A stretch of DNA of 64,000 nucleotides from Laetmonice hystrix (Eukaryota), in contig OZ249443.1 in the NCBI GenBank assembly GCA_965235115.1, positions 18,910,001 through 18,974,000 of the forward strand. Reading direction: 5' to 3'. Of this stretch, positions 49,180 to 61,900 are shown piece after piece. The notes below the pieces were generated by a model, which saw only the letters and a list, made by a program, of their open reading frames with translations, searched no databases and was not told the DNA's origin. A program made the translations under genes and the position numbers. Every line of letters begins with the position of its first letter. Positions within the stretch are counted from its first letter, which is position 1.

Positions 49180-51627
49180 CCAGAATCTAGGAAACAAATC
49201 TCAGTCCCAAAGACTAGTTGAGATATATTCCAACATTTCATCGTCACGGTCATGTCACAAGTCGCCACACACAGGAAGAGCTGGTGAAGCTCGCGACACC
49301 TCCCATAAAATGTCATGAATCGTTGAAACGTCGTGGTGGATTCATGCCTGGCTGTGCCATGCTCAGGAGTGGTGTGCGAAAAATATTGAAACCATTTAAA
49401 CGTTCTTCCTACAATCCGAGGAGAATAGGCCTACAAGAAATAATTATAGAAAGTGCATGAGCGGTCATCCAGCATCGTGCCTGGCCATTCCATGCTGTGG
49501 AACTGTGTGGTAAAAGATTGAACCCACATAGATGTTTTTTTTTTATTCGTACAATCCCAGGAGATGGCATGATGTCTACCAGAAATAATTACAGAATTGA
49601 AAAAGTGAATTAGCAGTCATCCAGTGTCTCAACTAGCTGTACCTTCAACGAGTTATTGGATTTAATTTCATATCGTACAACACATCTGCTAATGTCTGTC
49701 CCTGTTGTTTTGCAAGTTCAGGGATGTATTTCCTACTATCAGATATAGCCACAAACCAAACACCTTCATTTGTACTAAATTGTGGCACTGTAAATGGTTG
49801 TAGCACTGTAAATGATTGCGACAAAAAACCCGGCACCTTTCATGATTCATACACTCTTGGTAGCTGTACACCGTTAATCCTGGGCTTGGATTGGCATGTC
49901 TTTCAAATCAATGCCATTTTGAAATAAAGGGAAAAGTTTACAGATTTCCCAGTTTCCATGAAAATATATTCCATGAAAAAACATTGAAAAAAAAATCTGG
50001 AAAGAATATTCCTGATCAAAGGAAATTATATGATTTTGTATGTAAAGTGTAAATATGTATATTTTAAAATAAAAAATGTTGTCAGAAGATTCAAAACCTG
50101 GTGTTTTTAATATTCTTTAGTTTATGAAATTGGGGCTAATAAAGTTAGGACCGAAATAAAGCTGTACGGGTACATGTGAACCCTTCGGCATTCTGTGGAA
50201 TCTTTCCCTATTTGAATGATGTATTCCTCTCAAAATATTACAGAATCACATAAGTTAAACGCAACACAGTCAGGGCTTACCACCAAATGGATGTAAAATT
50301 TCCTATTCCCATAAATTTTCCGAAGGACATTTTCACCAGCAAAAAGATCGTTTGGGGCGCTGCCGTGTTCGTTTGGAGGCATGTCGGGTTGATAAGTCAA
50401 GGAGAGAGAAAAAGGGTGCAAAAAGGATTGACAGATACCGTAAATAAGAAGGGAATAATTTATTAAAAGGAATAATGTTTTTCATGCTACAAGGTTTGCA
50501 TGTTCAGTTGACCAAATGTTGGCCAGTATGTCTGAGGAACACCCTCAAAGGTCCACTATAGTTTACACTTGTAGACCTGTTATAGTCTCTGTTACACTTC
50601 ATGGTTGGAGACAGTTGTGAAGACGTTTATACAATATAAAAAGTTATTACGTTTATTTACAACACATACCATGGACTAGACTAAGTCACTCTTGTGTTCC
50701 GGTTTACCATTTGCACAATTCCCTAGACAGTTTAAAGATGATCACTCACACACGACAGCAATAAAAGTATATTCCTTCCCAGCAGTGTAAATATTCCTGA
50801 AGTGCTGGCACATAATTCACACAATACATGGCAAGTAACTATAGGACTAAAATTTACATTATTGGTGAGACTTAGAGGAAACCAATTACATCAACTCTTC
50901 CAGATATAACCTGTCCTGTCTGCACAGGGATATATCATATTACAACGATCTTCCCCATTATGTGTCTATTTATTTCTTGCAATAGCAAAACTGGACGAGC
51001 AAATATGCCATTCTTGATGGGACGGTGAAAACTGTGATTGTGTTTTGCTCTTCCTTATTGACATTCCTGCCCGCGAGCATCAGTCCAACTAAACACTGAA
51101 ACTGACCAAAATCAACCGAAACTGACGGACTTCATTGCCATCTAGAGGTCGGTGTCTGTATATATCCCAAGACCAGTAAGTTCGCTCAGTTTCTGTGTTT
51201 ATAGTCGCACCTGCGAGCACCACTGCCAAAACAATAACCATGCATGGCCCCGATGTACAGTAACTGGTTTTCATGTATACATCAGGCTAAAAGGCGATAT
51301 TCTACCAAACACGATTGGCATCTGGTCTGAGATGAATTTGCAAACATATAGGTAGGTATATTGGAAATAGTTTGATTTTTCTAGCATAAGATGCAATTGG
51401 GCCCCTTTAAATATGGCTGGTGACAATGTAAATGTTACTTAACTAGCACTCGTTGATTTTAGAATTGGAGAAACTGAACCAGGCAAACATACTTGGAGGA
51501 TATTAAGAGGCCTTAATCCTAACTTAAAATAGACAAAACTTGTGGAACCAGTTTAAACAGAGCAGCTGTAATGATAATGATGATCAAATGGTGACAAACA
51601 TTTAATAGCTGATAAAAACGGCTGCCG

Positions 51628-53278
51628 TCATCTTGAGTTGGAGTGTCTTTCGTATGGTTTTGTGTGACGTTGACGAAGGTTGGAGGTTGAAGGTCGCGAA
51701 CTGGAACTTGTTTCTGGCTGCCATGTCCTTGCTGTGGGGGATGGTGGAACAAAACTGGAGACATCATCTCCCGACTTCTCCATCATCTTCAGTTTGGCCT
51801 CAATTGCACGGATTTGCGACTCTTTGCTGAAAAATTTTTTTTTTTTAAAATAAACTATCCCGAACTATGCAATCGACACAACCTGTGGTAACTTTAAGTG
51901 CAGATTTTAGCACTTTAAGAACAAGCAGAAACATCTTTACTTCTATAATCTGCAACTTTACAAATGTACTCACGTTAGAGGTGGCGGTGCTTTTTTCGTT
52001 ATTTCTACTTTTTGCTCAGGTCGTGGTCGTTTCCTCACCATTACTTCTTCCTGAAAGTTGCAAGTCCACCCAGTCAGTTTTACCCAAATGTTGACACGTT
52101 TGTTTTAACAGTCACCAGTGAAAGTTCTTGACACATACCAAAATCATTTCTAAACATGAGTCAAGAAGCCTCTAAGCCTTAGGCCCCCTAAAAAAAGTTC
52201 TCAGTTTCTGGTATGAAGAACATTTCAAAAGTGGTGGTGACGTCTGGAATTAGTTGGTAAATATATAAGGTGGCATTCCTCACTTCCAATATTTCTTTAT
52301 CATAAATGTACCAGGCACAAATGTAATTATAATTGTATCCAAATTTCTTCCTTTTATTTTGTTCTATTTTTATGCATCTAAGGAAATGTGCAAATTTATG
52401 TGTGATAAATGTGCAAATATCTCCGAGTACAACAAAACTTACTCTCTGATCAACGTGTGCATATTTCACAACCAGTCGACGGTCCGAGGCCAGTACTCCA
52501 TTTAATTGTTTACTGGCTCTTTCTGCTTCCTGAAAAATCGTTACATTGTCATTAACCATAAAAATTACTTTATGCATTGTATTACAAATAATTCATCAAG
52601 ATTGAGAACCAAGAATTTCTCATGGTAAACAGTAAATTAAAGAACATATTATTGCAACACCACATAATATATAGTAGCACACCTCTTTGTTTGAGAAGGT
52701 TACAAAGCAGTAACCTCTTGGCTTTCCTTGATCAGGTCCAGATCGGTGATAGAGGTAGTCAAACTTCTTGAGACCACCAAACCTTTGTAACAACTTCAGC
52801 ATACTAAATCTAGAGGACAAACCAAAAACACAAGATGCTAATAACTTAACGATATTTGTAATCTGTTAAAATCACAGCAGGGCATATCTATAAAGTGTGC
52901 ATGTTACAGGTAGTGTAGATTTTTACCAATGCTCGAGCCACTTTTCTATGATATTTCCTGTACAAACCTGAAGGAGAAAATCGCTCAAAGCAATGTGGAT
53001 AAAATTGAAATGGGGAGTACCGGTATCTGTAATGTTGTGTCAAAATCAATGCATATTTTTATTTCAGCTGAAGTATGAGGGCTCATGTCTTTAAATTATG
53101 GCAGATGAACCATTAATTAATAGATAACTCAGATTGTAGATATCTGTGAAGGGAGGTCATGTAATCCCGCACATAAAACTTACTCTGTCATTTTTGTTGA
53201 TATATTTCCGATCCATAACCGACATTCGTCTATACCTTCTGACAGATCCTCTGGTGGAGGAGGAGGGGGATTCTCCAT
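51628..53278 (-). CDS. RBM18: RNA-binding motif protein 18, 194 aa
   Basis: Exons 53184-53278, 52683-52809, 52443-52529, 51974-52050, 51628-51826. RRM peptides RLWIGNIS and GKPRGYCFVTF; C-terminal QIRAIEAKLKMME. Probable non-coding first exon ends at 54298. Confidence 0.95.
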
Positions 53279-53453
53279 TTTAGAATTCTGAAAAAGAAGA
53301 CTGAGATGTACTTTGATCTTACACATGTCTCATCCCTACTAATATATATATATAAAACATCTGTACCCCTTTTTTTATCAGAGAGATCAAAATCAAACAT
53401 ATGTTACTAGGTCTCTAAAATTATAATAATTAATATGAAGACAGCATTAGTAA

Positions 53454-53800
53454 GGTATCACGTCACTTGAGCCCGCTGCAAAATGAGCCTATCATATGAG
53501 CCCCTTGGGGGGCTGCCAAGCCTGCCCGGGGCGAGGAAGGGAGCAGTGGCCGCTCACTCGCCCGCTCGCTTACTCAAACTGCCGCGGACCGCCGGGGCTT
53601 GTAGGGGCCCTCGGCCGGTCAGTTCGGCCGGGGCTTGTTGTAGCAGGGGCCTCAGCCGGTAGAGAGCAGGATTGGGCTAGGCAGATCTAGGATCTTTGAA
53701 ATTGGCTGATATACACCAACCGGCGCCACTACCATCTGCTTTGATGGGACCCTCGCTGGGTTTAACCCGGCGGGCTCAAGTGACGGGCTCACATCACGTC
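53454..53800. mobile_element. MULE-like element (GTCACTTGAGCCCG arms), related to 39207-39360
   Basis: Inverted CGTCACTTGAGCCCG / CGGGCTCAAGTGACG; first ~150 bp closely match 39207-39360. TSD not resolved and right end approximate. Confidence 0.6.
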
Positions 53801-55835
53801 GGGCTAATACGCTGCATAATTCATTCATACCGTATTTTGTCTATTGACCATCTAAAGTAACACCCAATCAATGCCTGTACCGGGTCAGATTTTCCAGAAA
53901 AAGTCGCGTGAAAATGTCGTAAAAAGTCAGATATATATCTGATAGTTTTGCATTGATCGTCATGACTCCGTCATGACTTGAAAAAAGGATATACAAGTAA
54001 AAATTGAAATATTGTGGGGGGGGGATCTGAATTTTCTGGAAAAACCTGAAAATGTGCCTTGAAAAAAAAAAACGGAAAACAGATGGGCCTAACGTTACGC
54101 TACCCCTGTCGTGAATGAATAGGCCTAGCGTATGTCTAATGGCAATGCATGACTGACCTTTTATTTCATTTGTGGACCTAAAAGATTGTAAAGCTGGTTC
54201 TAGTAACCTAGAAAATACCTGCTACTGCTATCAGTATCCTGCTAGCTAGCCAACTATGAGAACTCACACCGACAACAAAACGGATTACAAAACTCACCTG
54301 GCAGTCCAAGGCGGAAGTAGTAGGTAGTCAGAAAACATCTTCCATAAAGCGGCTGAAATTATCAGGTGTTATAACGGTATTTTGACGGCAGCGACACCAA
54401 CCAGCAACCGACTTGTGCATGCGACCTCTGCCGGCAGTAGGCTGAACACTGTACGATTTGGATAGCAAGTTATCCGGCCTAAACATGTATAAATGTATTC
54501 TGAATGGGAACTTTAAAAAAATGCAAACTGCAGCTCGCATTCGACTCCTTTTGCATGATTTCCACCTCTCACCACAGCAGAGAGTGGCGCCCCATGCGAG
54601 CAGGTTGAAAATTATGTTCCTCATCATGTAAGGCGCATGCTTTGATTACCGGTATTGCAAGACTAACTGTAAATGCAAAAAACATAAATTACTTGATTTA
54701 TCAGAGGTGGCCCTGGTTGAGTACGTAATGGTAAAGCACTACAAGCAACTCTGTCTAATCTAATAGTAATAATCTAATAATTGCATTAAACACTCATTAT
54801 CACAACTGCAAGCAACCCCCCACAATATTGTAAATAAAGTAAGAAAATCAGTTCACTATCGATTTATGTTATTGTACATTTATTGACAACAGGGCACTGA
54901 GTTTGTACAGTCTATAACCACTAACTACAATAAACATGTATACATACGTACATATAGAGTCAAAGAACTTTTCTTTTATCCGCGCCTTGCTGACTTCATT
55001 ACAATACTGCTCCTGGCCTTGAGGCCCACCCACTGCGACAATCTCATGCCAACTGTAATTATTCGACACACCTCTGTGAGTCTGTTTTAACCAAACAAGT
55101 CGTAGGACAGATATAATCTTAATGGAGCATGGGAGGGGTAACTTTTTAGTTCAGAGTATAGTCAGCAACGTATAACTAAGATTTATTCAAAATAACTTGG
55201 GGGGGGGGGGGGGGCTGAACTATTGAGATGTTACAGTATTCAAGACTCTTCAATTGTCTTCAGTCTATTTCTATACATTTGACTGGCGATCGGGTTATGT
55301 TGTTATCTGGACCAGAGTGGTTATCTTATCTTGGCTACACCTAAAGATAAATACACACATATATATGTCTGTGAATGAGGTTATCTTCTGGCGGATTTTA
55401 CACACATAATAATTTTGTCGTCAACATAATGACTGGGAATGAATTTCAACTGTAATGATTGGAACAGCTTGTACCTTGTCCTCCGACTCTGTGGCCAGGC
55501 ACGGCAATCATTTCGGTACACGTTACTGATAACTTACAGGTTTCTATGGAGGAATGACGTGTTCAAAATGGAGGGGTCAAGATCCCCCCTCAACAAAAAA
55601 ATCTTCTCTTATGGCATGACAATGGTCCATCCTAGAGTCCAAATAAATAATGTACACAGTTTCTGACAGACGGGCCTATTCATTTCACATTATAGGTATG
55701 TACAGATATAGGCAAGCTTTGACGATGACACAGACAGCAATGGTACTGGCTACATAAAGTGTAGTTTAATAATAAATACAGGCCTAAGAGTGCTCTGCAT
55801 GATCCAATCAATGCCTCTGTAAGATCAGCGACTAG

Positions 55836-55859
55836 AGGTCAAAAGGTCAATCCGGGTCA
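55836..55859 (+). promoter_or_regulatory. Candidate composite nuclear-receptor element DR2+DR4
   Basis: AGGTCA-aa-AGGTCA-atcc-GGGTCA; motif match only. Confidence 0.35.
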
Positions 55860-56659
55860 TAATAAGAAATGGTCAAGGAATGTAACAAAGACTACGATTA
55901 CTGGAATCGCCTCCTCCCACTCAACCTCCCTCATAAACATTGGCTGGCCCTTTCCCCGAGGGGAAAGGGTCAACCTTGAATATATCAAAGTAACTTTTTG
56001 AAATGGTGGAAGCGTTACCCTGCACTTTTTCAGATCTTTGCACATGTGCTTGAACCCCTCGAAGCTGACAGATGGAAACTTTACTCTCCTCCGTTTGGGA
56101 AATATTCGACCGTCCAACACTAACACTTTTTAATTTAGGGGTCCGATTCTTTAGCAGTGTTGAATTATTCCTTCGAAAGTTTTGCACATGTATCTTTACA
56201 AGAAACAGAAAATGGGGGAGGACCGAGTTTAAAACGGACCTTTATTATTTTATGGGTTATGCATGCTCTTTTTTCATCTATTTTACAATAAGCGGTGCTT
56301 TTTGTACTAGAGTTTTCAAGTCACAACAACTTGTAGAACAATATGTGGAATGATCAATATAACGTCATGAACAGAAAATCCACTAAAAGGAAAGACACTA
56401 TTTACAAAGACATAACATCAAGTTGTATTGCAGTGAAATGACTAGACAGACACTAGAAAAGTCCAGCATATGGTTCAGTGTGCCAAACTGCGCCTTTCAT
56501 TTCTTAAATCATCTCGGAGATGAGAACTGTATCGAGAAGAACCTTGCCAGCACATATACAATACTACAGTTCTAATTAATATACATTCTGCGATCAGACG
56601 AGAAAAAGACGGAGAAGGTGACGTTTAACGGTTATGGAAGAACTACTGGCATAGTCCGT

Positions 56660-56673
56660 CTACTAGGTGGCGC
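56660..56673 (+). promoter_or_regulatory. Candidate CTCF site
   Basis: CTACTAGGTGGCGC differs at one position from consensus CCASYAGRKGGCRS; lies in a small GC-rich island with CCAAT-like ATTGG nearby. Confidence 0.4.
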
Positions 56674-58951
56674 TTCGGTCGGGGCCAAAAGGGGGCAGCA
56701 CAGTCGCGCGCTACCTCACTCGGAACACCGACGCTGCTTCTGATTGGCTGTTTCGACGGTAAGCCGCGTGGCGCTACCTGTGACTCGATCCCAACTACGT
56801 GTACTGGCAAAGTACAGTACATTTATGTAATACGAAATGCTGTGAAGCACTGGATGCTTTTCACACATCTTCTGCCAGTACTGTGACTACAACCACCTCT
56901 TTCAAAGCCTGTAATCTAAGGCCTTCAATCTAACATATACGTATTCTTTCAAATATCAAGTTTAAATTCAAAGCTCAGATGCGCAAGGTTCTACTTAAAC
57001 TGCAAGTTGAAGAATAAAATGGCAAAACTTGGATCCTATAGTTTAAATGCCAACAGGCTACTCCAGCAAACACACTATAAGCATAAGGAATTCACATCGG
57101 GAATGTAAGTTTCATTTCAGACGATTCTGTTAAAAGAAATACACACACACAGCAAAAGTGTCAAAAAAGCACATATTTTCAGCGTCCCTGTCTATTGACT
57201 TCAACAACTGCAGGGTAACTATGCTGATACACAACCAGTATAAAGTGCACTTATACAACGTGCTGGTACCCGGGAAGAAAACACAAGCTGTACTCTCAAT
57301 CCATGAACCCTAGGAGATTCACGTGTCGGGTTCTCTCTGGATGGTAGCGCACGGGAACATAAAATAACAATGTACTGATGAGATATAGTATACATGGTAT
57401 TAACTTAAGTCATTGCTTGAACTCATCATCTTCCCCACACGTCGATATTATTGAACAAGTAGCCACTTCATTAAATAAGTTGTGAAAACATACTTATCAA
57501 ACTGCGAGTTCTCTCTCAAACATAAACCATCACCATATAGCCGGGTACCGGTACTTTTCCTTTTGTGAATTTGGGGTGTATTTCTTAAATTTCAGAATTT
57601 TTTTTCAAAACAGAATTTGGTACACAATGGCTTATGTTTCAGGTCGAATTAGCTGGAAGAAATCAGTAGATCATAGACTTTACCACATGTAATATGACTG
57701 TGAAATTATTATTCTGTTTTCTCCACCCCCTCCCCCCTTAAAAAGGGGGGAGGGCTGTTATTTATCAAATTCTTTTTTTATTTTATAAAAAGATCAGAAC
57801 ATGTGGTACATATTCTATGAAACACCTGGATGCAAACTTAAAAACAAATCTTGCTCCGATTTTGTTGTAAGGTATTAACTACTAATACAAGGTCATCATG
57901 CAAATACATTAGACTAAGGACACAGCCTAGATTTGTGAAATACAAATAATTATCTCACATTCTCAACTTAAAAATAAACAGTTAACCAATCACTGGAACT
58001 CATATATAGCCTTTAAGTAAAGCACAGTGTCTTTCACTTCTATATATATATAGAGTTCATTGCTCAATTTCCCCCTTCCCTTTACATACAATTAGTCTAG
58101 GGTAATGTGTACAATCAACATTCCAAGGGTACTTGATTCTTTAATTCAAAGCTTTCACTCACTGGCTGTAACGTTTGCTTACATATACACAATTATAGAT
58201 TATGTGAAAGTGACCGTTAAACTCAGCAAATCTATTTAGACTAACGATGAAAATATTCCTTAAATCGACCTCTCAGTTGCTTTTTTTTCTTCTTCCTCTT
58301 TTCAAGAATATGAATTATATTAATCTCATAACATCTGCAAAAATGCATCCTCTTGCATATGGTTTAAGAGCAACCCTGGCTTGTGTTTTCATCAGCCAGA
58401 ATTTGCAGACACTACAACTATACGAGGTTGAATATATATTGCTTAAACTCATATCTGCAGAAAGTGTCTACTGAATAACAGTTATGATCCATATCATCAT
58501 CATGCCTACATGCATTTCGCCGATAGCTATAATATTTGACCTACAAAGTAACTTTTTTAAATATACAATGAATAATGTGGTTGACAATCAATGAAAGCTA
58601 AATGTAACTTCCATTCAGTGAAGCTACAAGATGAAAATGTGCTTTATGCATATACAGTAATACACAATAGATCTTTGGAATACATACACATCTAAAATAC
58701 AATTATTTTATTTTGTATTTTTTAAGGACTTCACTAATACAGCATCGTTTGTTAATGAAAAGATAGATGTATTATCTACTGGATAAAACTGTAGCAATGT
58801 TGTCATGTCTACTGCACCAGGTGCACGAAGTGCTGGTTTCTCTCGAAGCTTGCGCGGTCAGATCCAAAGATCTTGGGATGAGATTTGACGGCGTGAAACA
58901 CCGAGACGAAGCCAACATGACAACACGCTTCACATGGGAAGAGGAAGCCAT

Positions 58952-61900
58952 TCAGTTGCTGAGTTCACGGAGGTCGCTCAGCAGACCTTCAGGCGTCAAT
59001 AAATGAGTTGCACCTGTTGAATCAAATCAAACAAATTGGATTAATTTCAAACAAAGTCTGCATTAGGACCCGGTTAAGTAAGGTTATCTGTTAAAAGTGG
59101 TTTTACAATCCTGGACCTGTTTTTTTCAAAAATTAAGTTCTTGCTTCTTATGCAAGAGCTTAAGTTTTTAAAAGATTGGCCCTTTAGAAGCGCTTTAACT
59201 TACCAATAAGAACCTCCCAGTTTTTGGCAGCCTGTGTCACCTCATAAGCACATCTCATTTCGCAGTACGACAGGCCTCCGACGACAAACATGATGAGACG
59301 AGGGCCGCTCTTGTAGCTGGGCTGCCCGCGGTCTTTGTGCCACTGTCCATACCTGGCACTACACAACAAAACACAACACCCACCTCATCATACGTTGGCA
59401 CCAAATATTGCTGCCACCACATGGCAGAACTCCCGGGACATGTATTTCAATGTGTTGTTACCCACAACATGGTAGTAATTTACTTATTGGGCATGGTTTT
59501 TCAAAAACTTAACTAAGCTCAATGCTTCTGATTTGCTGGCCCAAGAAGACCAGCCAATCAAATGTGCTTAATTTAAGCTTACGCAAGAACTTAATGTAAA
59601 ACCGAGCCCAGAACATTTGAGTGGTCATACACAACTTGACAAGTGAGTCTGGCTTAAACTATTTCAACGTGATGTCACATTCAGCAAAGCCATGATGACC
59701 AGACTTAGTGGAATGTGGCATATTTCACTTATCCTTACAAAGTCAGAACTACGTTACAGCAGCCTTCGCCAGGCTGTGGCACCATACAAGACGATTGATT
59801 CTGGGTGGATTGTTACCTGACAGGAGGCGCTCCGATTCCGGAGGAGGCACGGCCCGACAGGAACGGGAACCTCTTAGTGTCCAGTTTGTCCTCAATTGCA
59901 TCCTGTAACAATTTTCTATCTCACTCAGTCGTTCTTTCACATATCCTTACAAAGTCAATCCAATCAATCGTGTCAATCTCATTTCATGACTTTAATTTTA
60001 TAGACTTGACTGACCAACTGAAACCATCATTTCTTGATTATTGGATTTACTAGTTTTAAATTTATAAATTTAAGCAAACAAGAGTAAGGAGTTCACGACT
60101 TCCGCCTCTCCAAGATCATTTTTCAGGTCAAACATTTAAAATGTCTACCACATTTTTTTGTGGGGGTGGGAAATAAAAACGAAAGCCAGGATTTTCAGAC
60201 TGTACCTCCATGATGTCCTTCAGATAGGGTGTCCACCGCGACATCTGGTAGGTCTGCTCTGAGATACGTTCCCGTCGGTTGGCTGGGATGTACGGCTGGT
60301 GTGGCTTACGTCTCCCACCCTGACCAACAGATACACACCACACTGAGATACATGGACTTGGACAAAACTGTTAGATTCAGATGAACATTAGACCAAACAA
60401 AAAAACAATATTACCAGGAAAACATAGTAAATTGTGTTTGGTCAAGCAAAAATTTCAAGGGACCAGTGCAACTTGAATGGTCACTAGTCCTGTTGGCACA
60501 AAATAAATGTCTTTGATGGAAAAGGACTTACATCTTGTATGATGGGCACGCCAAGGTTCTGCATGTTTGGAATGATGCACTTCTCCTCTGGTGGTATCTG
60601 GGCATGTTGTACTAGCTTGGCCAGATTCTCCTCAGTAATGCCTGCACAACACAATATACTGAACCCTCTCAACGCTAGCTCAACACCTCAGTCTCCCGAC
60701 ACAACACAATATACTGGACCCTCTCAACTCTAGCTCAACACCTCAGTCTCCCGACACAATATACTGCTAGCTCAACACCTCAGTCTCTCAACACAACACA
60801 ATATACTGGACCCTCTCAACGCTAGCTCAACACCTCAGCTCCCGACACAACACAATATACTGGATCCTCTCAACTCTAGCTCAACACCTCAATCTCCCAA
60901 CATAACACAATATACTGGACCCTCTCAACGCTAGCTCAACACCTCAGTCTCCCGACACAACACAATATACTGGACCCTCTCAACTCTAGCTCAACACCTC
61001 AATCTCCCAACATAACACAATATACTGGACCCTCTCAACGCTAGCTCAACACCTCAGTCTCCCGACACAACACAATATACTGGACCCTCTCAACTCTAGC
61101 TCAACACCTTAGTCTCCCGACACAACACAATATACTGCTAGCTCAACACCTCAGTCTCCCGACACAACACAATATACTGGATCCTCTCAACTCTAGCTCA
61201 ACACCTCAGTATCCCGACACAACACAATATACTGGACCCTCTCAACACTAGCTCAACACCTCAGTCTCCCGACACAACACAATATACTGCTAGTTCAACA
61301 CCTCAGTCTCCCGACACAACACAATATACTGAACCCTCTCAACTCTAGCTCAACACCTCAGTCTCCCGACACAACACAATATACTGCTAGCTCAACACCT
61401 CAGTATCCAGAAACAACACAATATACTGGACCCTCTCAGTGCTAGCGCAACACCTCAGTATCCCGATACAATACAATATATTGGCCCCTTTCAACGCTTG
61501 CTCAATGTATCCCCAACACAACACAATACACTGGGCCCTCTCAACGCTAGCTCAACGTATTCCCAACACAATACAATATACTGGACCCTCTCAACGCTAG
61601 CTGAACACCTCAGTCTCCTGACACATCACAATATACTGAACCCTCTCAACGCTAGCTCAACACCTCAGTCTCCCGACACAACACAATATACTGGACCCTC
61701 TCAACACTAGCTCAACACCTCAGTCTCCCGACACAACACAATATACTGGACCCTCTCAAAAGCTAGCTCAACACCTGTCTCCCGACACACCACAATATAC
61801 TGGACCCTCTCAACGCTAGCTCAACACCTCAGTCTCCCGACACAACACAATATACTGGACCCTCTCAACGCTAGCTCAACACCTCAGTCTCCCGACACAA

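Noticed and set aside
49645-51274. Extra minus-strand gene between SSNA1 and RBM18 (ORFs 50230-50421, 51089-51274, 49645-49871)
   Set aside because: No recognisable protein, no consistent splice chain, and it overlaps likely 3' UTRs.
55455-55570. Polinton/PolB motifs DWNSLY and FYGGMT
   Set aside because: Wrong order relative to pPolB, different frames, and no extended ORF; likely chance.
54330-56200. MRRF divergent from RBM18 as in human
   Set aside because: No MRRF-like peptide in any frame I read.
56200-58950. Alternative last coding exon of STXBP1 as in vertebrates
   Set aside because: No second GxTHxLTP-like exon found; the region looks like 3' UTR.
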